This document shows, in pieces, positions 10,327 through 23,577 of a stretch of DNA of 40,379 bases (position 1 is the first letter of the stretch; each line of letters starts with the position of its first letter). Under the pieces are notes generated by a model. It was not told the origin of the DNA and did no database searches. It was given only the letters and a program-made list of their open reading frames with translations. Source of the stretch: Parasitella parasitica NRRL 2501 (lineage: Eukaryota; Fungi; Mucoromycota); assembly GCA_025201805.1 (NCBI GenBank), contig MU619271.1, positions 66,679-107,057 on the forward strand, given 5' to 3'. A program made the translations under genes and the position numbers.

Positions 10327-10631
10327 AATCATACATCATGATATATTGCACGTTCTTCATGATCATATTGGGCTGTTTAATTGAATTAATTTGTAATGGT
10401 GTCACCAAAACGTTACTATAGTAAGGAAATTTTATTAAAAAAAAGGTATGAAGAAGACGAAGAATATTACAACTATACAAAAATATCAAGAAAAGACGTT
10501 GTCGAGTGCTATGTATACTTGTTTTGTATGTATATATAAAAAAAAAAGAAAGAAAAGATGCTCAGAGTTGACTATGTATACTATGTTATTATGTGGAAAG
10601 AGTAGTAAAAGGTATTGCAAAATGGGTATTT

Positions 10632-11451
10632 TTAAATATCAAGAGCTAAACTCTCCATAACTAGCAGAACAGCATCCTGCGCACGATCATTGAATTCCTC
10701 TAATAAATTGGTTTCAACAGATGCTAATTGGCCATAGAGCCAGTGAGACTCGAATGCTACATCTTGTTGTGTTTGCTCTTCTTGATGGATAACGTTGATT
10801 TGGAAGGGTTGACGAAGCTTCCATTCAACAGTAACTACAGATGGCTTTTCAGCATCGCCCTGTTTAATAATGTGCGTGGATGCTTGGCGCATCAAAATAG
10901 ACGAAGACTGCTCAGCATTTACAATCAATCCAAGCTGATGGCTAATCTTCTTGTTTAGTATCATGATAGAGTCCAACAAGTTGGCTTCAATTTCATCCTG
11001 ATTTGTGCGTTCCTGAGTATTGTCGATTTGCTGGATTGTGTTTAGCCCATCGATATGAGAGATATCAGTAGAAACAAGAGGGTTTACGGAGGCTAACAAA
11101 CTCGCACGCATAAAATTGAGGTTGCGGTTCATAGATTTTTGAGCCGATTGACGAGCTGCGTTAAAGAATGTCAATATTACGGCCAACTGCAACAGTAGAC
11201 AACATACCATCAACATTGCCATGGCTGATAGACTGCGGTAAAAAGGTGAGCACGTTTTCAGACACATCCAACATGACTTGATCAACGATATTCTCATAGT
11301 ACTCTGCTAAACTCTCTGTCAAGAGAAATCCAGCTTCAGAAATGTACGGCTTGGATGATGCTGTGGAGATGGATGAAAGCAGGATTGGAGCTGCATTCAC
11401 AGCAGAAAACACAATACATGACATTGTGATGATAGAACGTGCAAATAGCAT
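10632..11451 (-). CDS. Uncharacterised secreted protein, 2 exons, ~255 aa
   Basis: Signal-peptide-like MLFARSIITMSCIVFSAVNA-AP; intron 11207-11156 (GTATGT...CGCAG) joins ORFs 11161-11451 and 10632-11297 in frame. Confidence 0.75.
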
Positions 11452-11976
11452 TTTTTTTTGTTGTAGTAAAAATTAAAAAAAGGGCGAAAAGAATGGGAGG
11501 TGTGTGTTTGTTTTATTATAAAGGAATGAATGAATAGGTGATGTTTATTGTTATGAAAAATACAACACAACAAAATAAAAATGATGAATGAGGGGAAAAC
11601 ACTCGTAGAAGTCCAAATATTTATATTCATTTCAAAAGAAGGAGTCAGTATTAATCAAGATAGTTTTGTGCAACAAGCTAAATTTCTAAAGTTTCCTTGC
11701 AAGAAAAAAAACTGATTAAAAAAGATTGTCTGCCTCCTTAAGATTATAAGATTTTCCTCTCCTCTTCTTGTGCTTGTAATGTATATTCAAAGCAAAATAC
11801 TCCTCTATTTAGTAGCTGGAAATCGTCTCCTTTGCTCGTTTTAAATTGTCTTTTTCCTTTTATGCTTATCCGGTTCTACAAAATGTTACAGAACATGTTG
11901 AAAGTCAGTACTTTATCAATTTATTTGGTGTCTCTGAGAAAACAAAAAAAAAGGGATGATATATGATCGACTTGGG

Positions 11977-13776
11977 TTACTCATATTTGTGCATCTTTAA
12001 ACGTTTCACATCGTTGATTAGAGATTTTTCCTTCCAAAACCTGAACGATAAAACACAAGACTATGAGATGTCACTGAAAAGCAAACTGAAAATAAACTTA
12101 CATAATGAGACAAACGAGTATAAAACATACACCTCCAACTGCTACATGCAGAGCTTTTTCTTTTAGCGTATGCCATCCAATGCTGTTTTTGGACCAGTGG
12201 GTCACGAACCAAGCCAAGACAAAAGAAGAAAGGGTTGCAACATGGGGACTCCATTGACGCATAGAGAGCGCAATATGAGAAAAGTATCGACGAATATAAT
12301 GCCAACTATAGCAAATGCGGATTGTAAGGTTGACCATATTTGCCATTATCAACCCAGTAGCACCCAGCTCCAGCTGATGCATGAATACGAACCCAGAGGC
12401 CATAAAACACACTGAAAACAGGACCATGAAATAGCTCAACCGAGTAAGATCACCCTTGCTGGCTACCGCCTGCACGAAACCTTCGGTTATTCCATTGATA
12501 CCCATAAAAGGGATATACACACAGTACATGGCAAGCGTTCCAGGGGCATTTCCTTTGCCAATAGACCATTTCTTACCCACCAACAGGTCGATCAGCGTTG
12601 ATGTGTAATTGGTTGCAAAGCAGATAAAGACGAGGCCCAGCAAAACATGGAATTTGATCAATATCAGCAACGCATTGGCAGCGGTTTGTTCGTTTGCCCG
12701 CTTCTTTCTGTCATCTTGGGCGGATAAAAGTAGCTTTGAAAAGAAGGTTCGGCCTGTTTCTTCTAATGGCTGAAACAAGATGCGAGCGATCAGAGACCCT
12801 GCGTTGTCGTGTCATGTCAAATTTCTATGCGTAAAAAAAAAAAGGAATTCTTTTTTACCATAATTCACGACAAATGCATAAACTCCTCTGTCTTGCATAC
12901 CACAAAGCACCGAAACCAGCATTTTGTCTCCTTCTGTCAATACATGTTTCAAAAACGATTGTTTCGTCATGGTGATACCCAAATTTAATAGAGTTTTGTC
13001 GAACCAATATGAGCTGCGTGTGTGCACGCTTTAATCATCAGCTTGTATTTCCCATAGTACACATACCTTTTCTTCTCATCGTCTGTGATTTTGTGCGGCA
13101 ACAACTTCTGGATGGACTTGCTTTTATACAGGAAGAATCCCAAATAGCCCATCATCATGATCACTCCAAACGCAAACTGGGCGATCGCAAAGGCCAAAAT
13201 GCCCAGCTGCTCGTCTCCAGCAAAATACAATGTCAATCCAAATGTGATCAAGCATCTGAAAATGACAGCTACGCCCTCGACAGTAACGCGAAGCTGGAAA
13301 TACAACTGATTCAACGCCAATACAAAAAGCGGCTCCACCAGCAGCTCCAAAAACGATGCAGCGCCGTACGATATCACTGCTAACCGATAAAATGGAAATT
13401 GCGCAGACTGCTCCTCTGAGATGGTTGATAGATAATAAGCGCAGGTAATCAGTGTGGTGATTAAACCAAACAAAGTGGGGATGTACGCAAGATTGATGAT
13501 CGTTTGTTGGTTTTTACTCGATCGAATCAATGCTGAGCGAAAACCCTCGCGAGAGATAAACAAAATCGTCGATGATAGAAGTTCCAGATTTACAGAAGCA
13601 ATGCCAAATGTCTCTTTGGATATGTACCTTAGCATAATCTGATTTAATGAAAATGTCATCATACGCGATAAGAACTGTAACAGGATCAAATACGATGCTC
13701 CCTTGGCTGTTGCTGCCAGTAGATTATCGTCTTTGCTGGATGCTGTGTCTGGCTTTGGCTCTTCTTTTGTATCCAT
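11977..13776 (-). CDS. RFT1: Rft1 oligosaccharide translocation protein (MOP/MATE-like), 4 exons
   Basis: GASYLILLQFLSRMMTF, LELLSSTILFISREGFR, QSFLKHVLTEGDK, GVYAFVVNYGSLIARILFQPLEE, YIPFMGINGITEGF; start taken at MDTKEE. Confidence 0.93.
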
Positions 13777-15475
13777 GGATGAATTAATACGAAAGCCGCT
13801 GTATGAAAGGCGTTCATGTACAAAAGAAAAAGTTATCAAATGGCTGGTCAGAGGTAATAAAAGCGCCATTGCAGAAATGTGGAGATTCAATTGACTTGAG
13901 TTGACATGTAGAAATAAGCATGCTGCATTCATTCTCTGCCACAGCATTTCAATGCGGCAATCTGCTCATATTCGCACCTTTCAGCTTGTACTGTATAGGG
14001 TGCATTAGCTGCTACGGTGCTGTTTCAAGTGCTTAAATTTCCTCGAATGTGGCACAATATCGATAGTCAAGAAATGACAACTGTTTAAATCATGATAGAA
14101 AACACTAGTATGTACCCGCGTATTACCAAAGTACACCATCACCCATAAATAGCTATATAAATGTCTCTATCAAATACTTGCACTTCAGGTTTTGATTTTT
14201 ATTTTGGCAAAAAATAGCCACAGACTTTTGAATGAAGAAGGAGTGCCAGCTTTTGCGCTCCTAAAATTTGCTTTTTTGCTCAATTAAATTATCAACACGA
14301 GTTAGGTACTATAAAGTATATCTTATTGAGGCTACGTAAGGGTCCTAAGTGCCAAAAATGCAGGCAAAAGAACTTTTCAGTGTCAAGTGTAGGCTATTTG
14401 TCGCTATGATGGCCCAAATAACCGCTTGTTTGACCCAACCAACCGCTCAAAATCATGGCAAACGCTTTCTCAAAGCTCGTAGCCACTAACTGGTGCATTT
14501 TTACGAAAAAAAATAGGTGATGAAAAATCAACTAATTTTCGACAATTTTGCATGAGGGATGATGACAAGCAAAAATGAGACGAAATCGCAATTCTTGAAA
14601 TTTGACACCAAAATTGCAGCTTTTTACTAAGGTATATTAAGATCGAAAACATTCCATTTTCCGGCATGAGAATGGTAAAGCCTTTTTGAGGGTATTTTTA
14701 TGCTCACTTTTGACTAAAGGTCAAGAAACGCATTTTACTTCATTTGCATACTACTCAAATTTTTCGGTTAAAAAATTATTTTTAAAATACACTGTTGGAA
14801 GTGCAGTTTAATGGCCCATAAAGTTGCTTAGACGCACAATGCATCTTGTTTTAGTATATTTCAGAGATATGTACGAAAAAGTGTTAAGAGATTGCCAAAT
14901 TTGGCCTCGGTTGATCAATATCGACAAAAATAAACGCGGAATTCGAATGGGCTCAGCACGCGAAAGCTGATGCCAAATACTTTTTATACTACTGTAGCTA
15001 TAACATGAAAAAAAAAAAATAGCGGGTGAACATGTAACTTCTCGGATCCAGCTTTCCGACTGTTCTATTCAACCATGTAGGGCTATCCTCAGAATAATTT
15101 TGTCGAGTTGATTTTTGCAAACATGCCAACCAAGCCAAAATGCGGTTTCCATTTAAATTCTATACCTATATACAATAATTAATCCAAGCAAGGCTTTTTA
15201 CTTACTTTATTCTCTTCTCTCTCTCTCTCAAATAGAACATTGGCCAAGAAAGTCATGAAATGAGAAGTCGTTTTGATCTTGTTCTTCATACCAATTAACA
15301 AGAGCAAGATGTAAAAAGTTGGCTGAAAATGACACAATGCAGTAAAGACAAAATAATAATCTTGGATGAGAATTAACAAGATAAACAATGGTATTTCAGT
15401 TTTTTATTGCATTTTAAAAAAAGCCTTTGATGTTGGTTATTTGATCAGTTGCATTAGTTGTTATATTTCAACAGC

Positions 15476-16950
15476 TTAGCCAAACTTCTTGCTAGCAGAT
15501 TTATCACGTCCGACAGTAAAAAGGAATACACACCCGATTACCAGCAAAGATCCAACGCCCTTATATTTGGTAAAGCCTAGATTGCAATGCAAAAATAAAT
15601 TGACTATGCATATCTACCGTTATTCAACTTACACTGAGCAGAATCTGATTCACAATACCAAGCATCACTAATAATATAGATCAACACAGCTCTCAACCCT
15701 TGCAAAATGCCAGTGGCAACCTGTTTTTGATTCAGCAGCAGTTTATGACCCATTTTTACCGTATGCAACTTACACTTCCTGTTCTATCAATCAGCTCATA
15801 ATAGTTCCATGAATGAGACGCATTCGCCACAATCACCAATAAGTACATGAGCCATACTGATGTCAAATCGGTTCCTTCTTTGATGTGGATCAATTGGTCG
15901 AATCGAGGCAAAGTGTACAAACTAATCCAGATGAGTGAAATGACTGAAGTATAAATACCAGAATAAAAGCAGATCCTGGCAGGTAATAGCGGAGGCTTTT
16001 GCTGGCTCATTATGTAATCTGAGTAAACATACACACAAGCTACACAGAGGTATATTTACGACAAAATCAGTAATATGCGTATTTTTTAGGATATTCTACC
16101 TACAATAAAAAAACGTGCCACCCAGTGTCATCAATGTACCAAACATGAGTGTTGTGGTTTTTGCGACAGATTGCTCGTCCACATCCTCCAAAGACGAAAA
16201 ATTTCCCATTGAACTGATTGCTAGCCCTGTGCTCGTGCCAAAAATAGCAATCCATTGCATAGTTGTCAACCTTCGTTTCATAAGCAGCCATGTCAAAATG
16301 GCACACCATATGACCACACTGCTGTAAATAACTTGGTACATCTACGCCATTTGATCTTAGTATATATAATGCTTTAACGCTGTAGAATATATATGCTTTA
16401 CCCCACTGCCAACGACAGCAAACCCAACAGTGACACAAAAGTTTGCAAACACATCTAACAAAGCTAATTTTATCACTGATTTGTGGGGAATAGGTCCTTC
16501 TGTGTATGGCACATTAGTTGTGGAAATTATGTGTCCATCATCAGATGGTTGGTTGACCTGTACCTGAAAGTGCAATAAAGATTAATTTTCATTTTGGTAA
16601 AAGAAAAATAAAAGCTGTACATTATATATACTACGTTTAACTTGCCATATTTATATCTTGCTGATCGAGTATACTATAGTCTTTCTGCTTGTTTTTGAGC
16701 AGTATTGGAATGATCAAGCCAACTAACACCATACCAAGATACTGTGCCAATTGCGCTAAATAGCTATCACCAGCTTAAAACAAAACTGTTGAGTCAATTT
16801 TACATTCAAGTCTCGATCGAAAAATAGCAATATCTTACTAGCAGCACCATTGTAGAACAGCCACTGGGTCCCCAACGTCGTGCAAAGGCCTGTTACCATG
16901 AACATGATTTGATGAAATCCAATATATAGCGTTTCGCCGCTGATATTCAT
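15476..16950 (-). CDS. DMT-superfamily / SLC35-like nucleotide-sugar transporter-like membrane protein, multi-exon
   Basis: Hydrophobic exons with GSGMYQVIYSSVVIWCAILT...LTTMQWIAI, VATGILQGLRAVL, last exon FTKYKGVGSLLVIGCVFLF...KKFG*. Confidence 0.8.
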
Positions 16951-17169
16951 TGTAGCTTTTCGTTTGAATAAGGAAGAAAGAGTGAAAACAAATACGGGGT
17001 TTGGATTTCAAAGTACAAGAGGGCTATCCCTAGAGCAATAATTAGAAATTCAACATTATTCCAAGCAAATACTCTCCGAGCAACTTAAAAACAATGACTG
17101 TACATTCGAGATCGTGCGTTTATTTTCCACTCTTTCACTAATGTTTCTCGATTCCATGGAGATTGGAAC

Positions 17170-18219
17170 AAGCAAATAGGTCATATTAAACATAATAAGG
17201 CTTATGGTATTCTGGCTCCAAAAACTTTGGCAGATACATCCCATCGCCGGGCTCTCACAGCAACGCTTTGCTATTATCTCCATTTTCAAACAAGGCAAGG
17301 CCAAGAAATAGCAAGACTGAGCCAGGCGTTTCCGTTCAAAACAAATGATGGCAGATATGTCCTCTCGTGGCTCTTAGCTACAACCTTTTTCTGGACGCGA
17401 TATCACGATAAAGAACACTTTTCCAGGTTCAAGATGAAGGCTATCCATGGTGCAAGTCCTCAGTCAGCCACTGCAAAGAAAACGAGGCAGCTTGGAAAAG
17501 ATAATGTCTAATGCATGGTATAAAGATGAACAAGGCATCAGGTTCCTCAAGGGTCATTGCAGATGTTTCTGAATCTCGAAGTATGGATGGGGGTGATCTA
17601 GAAAACGCAGATGTGAGATCTGAAAAGTCAAGGCTTATTTGGATACTGTGACAAAGAGCCGGACTCTCTGAACATCAGTGGGATTGCCCCCGAGATTCAG
17701 CAGCAGCTTGAAGGAATCAAAAGGCTGATCAATGCTGCAATGACCGAAATCAGTGAGAAGCAGAAAGCTGCACATAATTAAGCTCTGCTATTCCAGGAAC
17801 GCATTCTCCATATCATCAGTGGCAACAACCAACCAATCCTCAGCCCATCTTTACAACATTGTACTATCCAAACTCCAGCTCTGCCAGACCATCTTCCCTA
17901 CACTGCTGGCGGTGTTCCTATTTACACTATGGCCCGTGAAATATCCACAGTCAAAGACCTCTGGAAGGAATGAATATTGGCCAGCCGAAGAGCTGGAAAA
18001 AAAATGAGGCTGCAGTTGGAGGGGAAAAGACAGAAAATGGTTCAATATTAGAAAGCATATAATTGATGCAGTAGAGGACCTGCATAGAAACCATCACATG
18101 TCAACAGAAGAAGCCATTGACACATTGCAAGCAGAAATAAGCAGCAATAAATGGTCTTTGGACAAAGTTGGAAAGCTTCTCCAAAGTAAAAAATATAGTT
18201 ATTGCGATAGTTCAAAATA
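17170..18219 (+). mobile_element. Decayed Crypton-like (tyrosine recombinase/NDC10-II plus GCR1_C) relic
   Basis: Broken frames read YTMAREISTVKDLWKE*..EELEKK*GCSWR..RKWFNIRKHIIDAV..STEEAIDTLQ...WSLDKV (GCR1_C-like, 17923-18190); ICPLVALSY...RYH near 17355-17405 resembles NDC10-II; left boundary approximate. Confidence 0.7.
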
Positions 18220-18896
18220 AAAGAAGATTAGAGTAAAGCATGATTTCTTGAAAACTAATGGTGCAACTAGTCTCTATTAGACTGAAGCTTTATACCGGGA
18301 TTAAGCAATAAGCAATACGATCAAAATAATCTAAATTTGATATAGCATGTGTGGAAACAAAGTAGACTCAATATTCACATGTAACATATATTATTAGATA
18401 CATTGCATTTAAATTTCAAAAAATATGTTTGCTTTAGCACTGGGCTCCAAAGCTGAGAGACTTCTGCTGGCATCTGACTGAGGGATATGATAAAGAAGTC
18501 CTTTGTTGTTACTGCAAAATTCTTCATTGATCGAGAGCCTTTTTCATATCATTAGATTGTGAATTGATAAGCAAATATGCAACGTGCATTTCAGCATGTC
18601 TTGTCCGGTTGAAAATCGACGCTTCTGTCAACCAGACAGCGCTTGAATGTGTGCCATCTACAGGAGGTGAATGTTCCCGCTTTAGAGAGTGTGGCGAGTG
18701 TGTAGGTTGGATAAAATTTTGATGACATCGTCTTGGATTGAATCTAAACTCACCTTGTTTTTGACAAATGTCTCGTCGAAACGTTGGCAGACATTTGGGC
18801 ACAACTGCCCTGTGTCTATATAATAACGGGGTTGTATTACGAAAAAAACAAAATTTTTATCCTTATTTTTTTTTTTTGCCAACAAAAAAGTACAAC

Positions 18897-20391
18897 ATGA
18901 ATAGAGGTTTAAAGCAATTCCTTCCAGCTTCTCGTAGTCTGTTACGCAATCAAACTCGCCGTACTTCTACATGTCTCGTTAGCTTGAAATCATTGCCGAA
19001 AGCATCCAATACTGCCGTTGCTATGCGCAAAAGATTTTTGACACAATCTGTGGCTCGCCCTATATCCTTCAAGGGTATCTTTAGTGGTAAAGACGAAGAC
19101 CCTGAAACCAAGCTGATTTTAGAGCAAGACAATCTTTTCCATGTGCTATCAAATTCGCCATTACCCGAATTGAAAGATAGGGCTGCTATCGTCAACAAGT
19201 ATGGCGTATGTCCTGTTTGTGATACACATAATGAAGAGCATGAAGCCAAGAAGAAGCCTACTTACGACTGCCCGGATTGCGGCTACCCTACCCATTGTAG
19301 TGAAGATCATTATAAACAGGGTTATCAAGCTCACCATGCTGAGAATTGTGCCATTCTGCGTGAAATTAATGAAGATGACCATGATTTGCGTTCTGGTAGA
19401 CCCATGCGTGAATTCGAATTCCCAAGTAAGCGCACATTTGAACGCTGGATACTGGTTATTTCTAACCCCTTTGTTAGGTGCACAGGGTTTTGATGAAGCT
19501 GTCAATATGGCAAATTGGGATGTTTTCTTTTATACCCGTAGTTTCCCTTCCATGGATTCTGACAGATCGATGCGTCATGTCTCCAAACTATTAACTTATC
19601 CCATGTCAATTGCTGCTGTTTTGCATCAATCTAGTCCTTACAAATATGGCGAACAAGTGACCGCTGAGGGCATGAGATCCATTGCTGGTAAATGTGCTAA
19701 ATGTGTTGGATTGTTATTTGAGCATGGGTGACTAATATCTGCAAATTCGGTAGCTTTAAGAACTATACTTTACCCTCACAGCCAAGTCAGTAATGATGCT
19801 CAGACTCAAATTCGTACCGACACCATCAATGTGTATCTTCTCGGTGCTCGTGCAGAAGCTACTTTGCCTTCTCACATTTGGCTTCAGCTGGCTTATCTGT
19901 TCCCTGCTACGCCTTTCCACATTCACTTCATTGGACCCGACGCATTAGCACCCAACCAAGAACCTCATACTAAATCTGTCAACGAACGTCTCTTTTTTAC
20001 TTTTGATAATGCCATGTACCATGACTATCATGAAACCATTGAAAAGTTTGATCCTTTCACTGATTTATTCTTTTTGTTTTCCCCTGGTATCGGCCATTCT
20101 AACACACGTCGACACTGGAAGACATCTATTGAGAAGGCGCTAGAGACCAAATGTCCCATTTTTGTTACAGGTTATGATGAAGCAGATATGAAGAACGATG
20201 TCGAGGCTGTCGAGCAAGATTATAATGGAGAATTCGACTGGATCTTGAAGCCTTCTGTCAACGAATTTAGAAGCTTAAAACGTGATGTCAACTTGATGGA
20301 TTTAAGACAAACCATCTTTGCGAATTACGGCATCTGGGGCATTCGCGGCAAACGTTACGATGTTACTCATGATCCTGAAAGTAACGAGTAA
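18897..20391 (+). CDS. MSS51: Mss51 mitochondrial COX1 translation/assembly factor, 3 exons
   Basis: Arg-rich presequence; QDNLFHVLSNSP, CPDCGYPTHCSEDH, LREINEDDHDLRSGRPMREFEFP, NWDVFFYTR, LGARAEATLP, ANYGIWGIRGKRY. Confidence 0.95.
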
Positions 20392-20926
20392 ATCCTGTTT
20401 CTGATCTTTTCCTCTGTGTATATATATAAAAAAAAAGCTCTATTCTCTTTAAATGTTTGCACTCTTTCCCCACTTCTCTCATCCCTCTTGGTTTTTTCTT
20501 GTTATGATTACACCTTTAATATAGCTAATAGACAGAAGTATATGTAATAAAGATGCTCTATCTCCATGAGTGAGAAAAAGTAATTGGATGCACACACAGA
20601 TTCTTGCGAGTTATCAAACGTAGCACACCAATTGTTTTTTATAAGTTTGTATTTTCTGTACCCCAACCGTTCATCATAACAGGTGAAAGAAAAAAAAAAT
20701 AATAGCACTCGAGTCGTAATTCATTTTGAAGCCAATGCTCTCAACAACAGACAAAAGTGGCCATAGACAGTTATTGTAAAATACTGTATCGGTTTGATGT
20801 TATACTGTACATCACATTGGGTGCATAGAGCGCTTATCTTGTTCTTACATAATAATGTGACGCTTCGAGCTTGTGGAGATGGTGTTTGTATGCTCATATC
20901 TTACTATATCGGTATTTCTGGTTCTT

Positions 20927-20927
<1 letters not shown>

Positions 20928-20962
<35 letters not shown>
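20928..20962 (+). repeat. (CT)n microsatellite just upstream of the NAD kinase ATG
   Basis: Direct inspection. Confidence 0.9.
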
Positions 20963-20964
<2 letters not shown>

Positions 20965-20978
20965 ATATAATTTTCGCC

Positions 20979-23294
20979 ATGGAACCTATGTCTAATATAC
21001 CTTGCTCAGCTTTAACAGATGCATTGACTGCATTGGCCCAAAATACATCGCCAGGGGGGAGGAAATATAGTGCTGTAAAGACAATCCCCAGAGCTCAGCA
21101 TACCTCTTATTTGACTGATACTGCAGACGCTGTCAGAGAAGTAGCTAAAAAGATGGGTAAAGCTGCAGCGTAAAGCCAATATTGGATGAGTAAATAATGC
21201 TAATGGTTTATTCAGGTAGAACTCGGGTGAAATGGGAAAATCCTAAATCAGTGATGATCATTACAAAGCCAGGAGATTGTTCTCTTATTGGCATGACTCG
21301 AGACATGGCTTTATATCTAGTAGAGACGCCTCGGTATGGTTGCGAAAGTGGTATTACTTGGTATGTGTACATTGAGAGAGAGAGAAAGACTTTTTTTTTC
21401 AAGCTTATTTATCAATGGACAGCTATGTCGACGAAAAGCTAAAAAACTCAAAGCGCTTCAAATACGAAAAAATCATCAGAAATCACCCTATTGCTTGTGA
21501 AAAGCTCAAATTCTGGACACCTGAATTATGTGCTCTACAACCCAAATCATTTGATTTCATCATCACCCTTGGCGGAGACGGCACCGTCTTGTTTTCTTCT
21601 TGGCTGTTCCAAAATTACATTCCTCCAGTCATCCCATTCCACTTGGGCTCGCTTGGCTTTTTGACACCCTTTGACTTTGACCGATACAAACAGCATTTGC
21701 ATAATGCGATGGAAAGAGGCGTTAGGATCAACCTAAGAGGTCGCTTGACGTGTACAGTTTATCGCCGTGTTCCTCATCCAGATTGCAAGTCGCCTGAACA
21801 AGCCAAAGCCGTGCAATTACGTAATGTAGTGAGGAATCCTGTTACTGGTAAATTCACTGTGGGCGGTTGGTGTCAAGAATTGAAGAAACAACGTCAACAA
21901 CAACAGAGCAAAGGTAAAATGAAAAAATTTGGCGAAGTTGACGGAGATGATGTCGAAGAAGATGAAAAAGAGCTGTGGGGACAAACAGAGGATGATTTCC
22001 AGCTAAAACAACAACAGCAACAGCAGCAGCCCAGTGTGCTTATCGGAGAGGAGCGTCAAGTACCTTGTTTTACAACTGTCCCTGCAGAAAAGTATCATGT
22101 TATTAATGATTTGGTGGTCGATCGAGGACCCAGCCCTTATGTCAGTTTATTGGAACTTTTTGGAGATGATAAGCACTTGACGACCGTGCAAGCTGATGGG
22201 TTAGCCATCTCTACACCTACTGGAAGCACAGCTTATTCGGTAAAGTTTACCCATTGACTGCATTTATTTTGTATAAATTTTTGCTGATACGGCATTCCCC
22301 TTAGCTCTCGGCTGGAGGTTCGCTCACACATCCTGATATTCACGCTATACTTATCACACCTATCTGCCCTCATACCTTATCATTCCGTCCTACATTGGTG
22401 CCTGACTCCATGGAGCTGCGTATATGCGTTCCATTTAATTCTAGAAATACCGCCTGGGCCAGTTTTGATGGGCGTGGAAGAGTGGAATTGAAGCGTAAGT
22501 TGTGCATAGATTACTATTATTTACGGGTTTGGATTAAACGCTTTGTGATTATAGAGGGTGATCATATCAAGGTGACAGCATCAAGATATCCGTTCCCAAC
22601 GGTTTGCAAAGAAGATCAAGCAACAGACTGGTTCAATTCGCTTCAGAATTGTCTCCATTGGAACAAACGTGAACGTCAAAAGTCATTTGCAGTGGTGGAA
22701 TCGCACCCTGTGCGTAACAACAATCACAACAGAAACCTCTCGTCAGCTAGTCGTACTAGCAGTAACCAGCAACTATCTCAAACACAGAGAGCTACCGGGT
22801 TCAATCCTCTCTCGCGATCTGGTACCCAATCTCCTCCTATGCCTCCTCCATCACTTCAGTTTACCACACAGCAACAACAATCGCCTCCTCATACTAACGG
22901 CAACAATGCCAACCGAAAATCATCGTCGTCTTCTTCGGTCACTTCCTCTTCTTCTGCAGACTTGCAAGACGAAGTGTTTGGTATGTTTTATGATGATGAT
23001 TCGGGCAGCGATCGCTATCGGTTAGGTGGTAATGGCAACGCTGGTAGTCGTCGTCGTAGCAGCTGCGTTGAAGCAGAGGGCTCCAGTGCTTCCAGTGTTA
23101 ACTACGAATCAACGGATGAATTTGAAAGCGAGGGAGATGACAATGATGAAGATGAATATGCACCGGATGGGTTCACTGGCTGGACTGACGAAGAAATCAT
23201 TAAATCAAGATATCTAGCAAATATCACCAAGGAATTGGAAAAAGTTTCAGTTAAACACACCAAGCATGATGCTATGAACGGTTGTTCGACCTAA
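20979..23294 (+). CDS. ATP-NAD+/NADH kinase (Utr1/Yef1-like), 5 exons
   Basis: TLGGDGTVL, FHLGSLGFLT, INDLVVDRGPSP, ADGLAISTPTGSTAYSLSAGG, TPICPHTLSFRP. Confidence 0.95.
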
Positions 23295-23577
23295 CAAAAT
23301 AAAATAACCATGCACTCTGTTGTACACAAATATATATGCTACGCAAGATAGCTTTCCACACTGAATCTACTTCGATCTCTTGATAATTGATATCATCTAA
23401 TATTTGATTTGAACAGTGCAACCAAATTTTTATTATTTGATGATTGTTATAAGTATGATGGAATAATATACAGAGCGCACACTATATACTATTGTAATGA
23501 AAAATAGAAAAAAGAGAAATTTGTACAATTGTATGGAAAGTAATTGGCGTACTGCAGTAAAGACATATCAGCAGCAT

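Noticed and set aside
10632-11451. Programmed frameshift or pseudogene between two overlapping ORFs
   Set aside because: A canonical 52-nt GT-AG intron joins them in frame
13777-13947. 57-aa N-terminal extension of RFT1 in the ORF track
   Set aside because: Family similarity starts after MDTKEE; the extension is probably an open 5' region by chance
14100-15150. MITE or ncRNA in the RFT1-transporter intergenic region
   Set aside because: Looks repeat-like, but I found no terminal repeats, TSD or RNA motifs by eye
18768-18896. Upstream ATG extension of MSS51
   Set aside because: Runs through A/T homopolymer tracts; ATG 18897 gives a typical mitochondrial presequence
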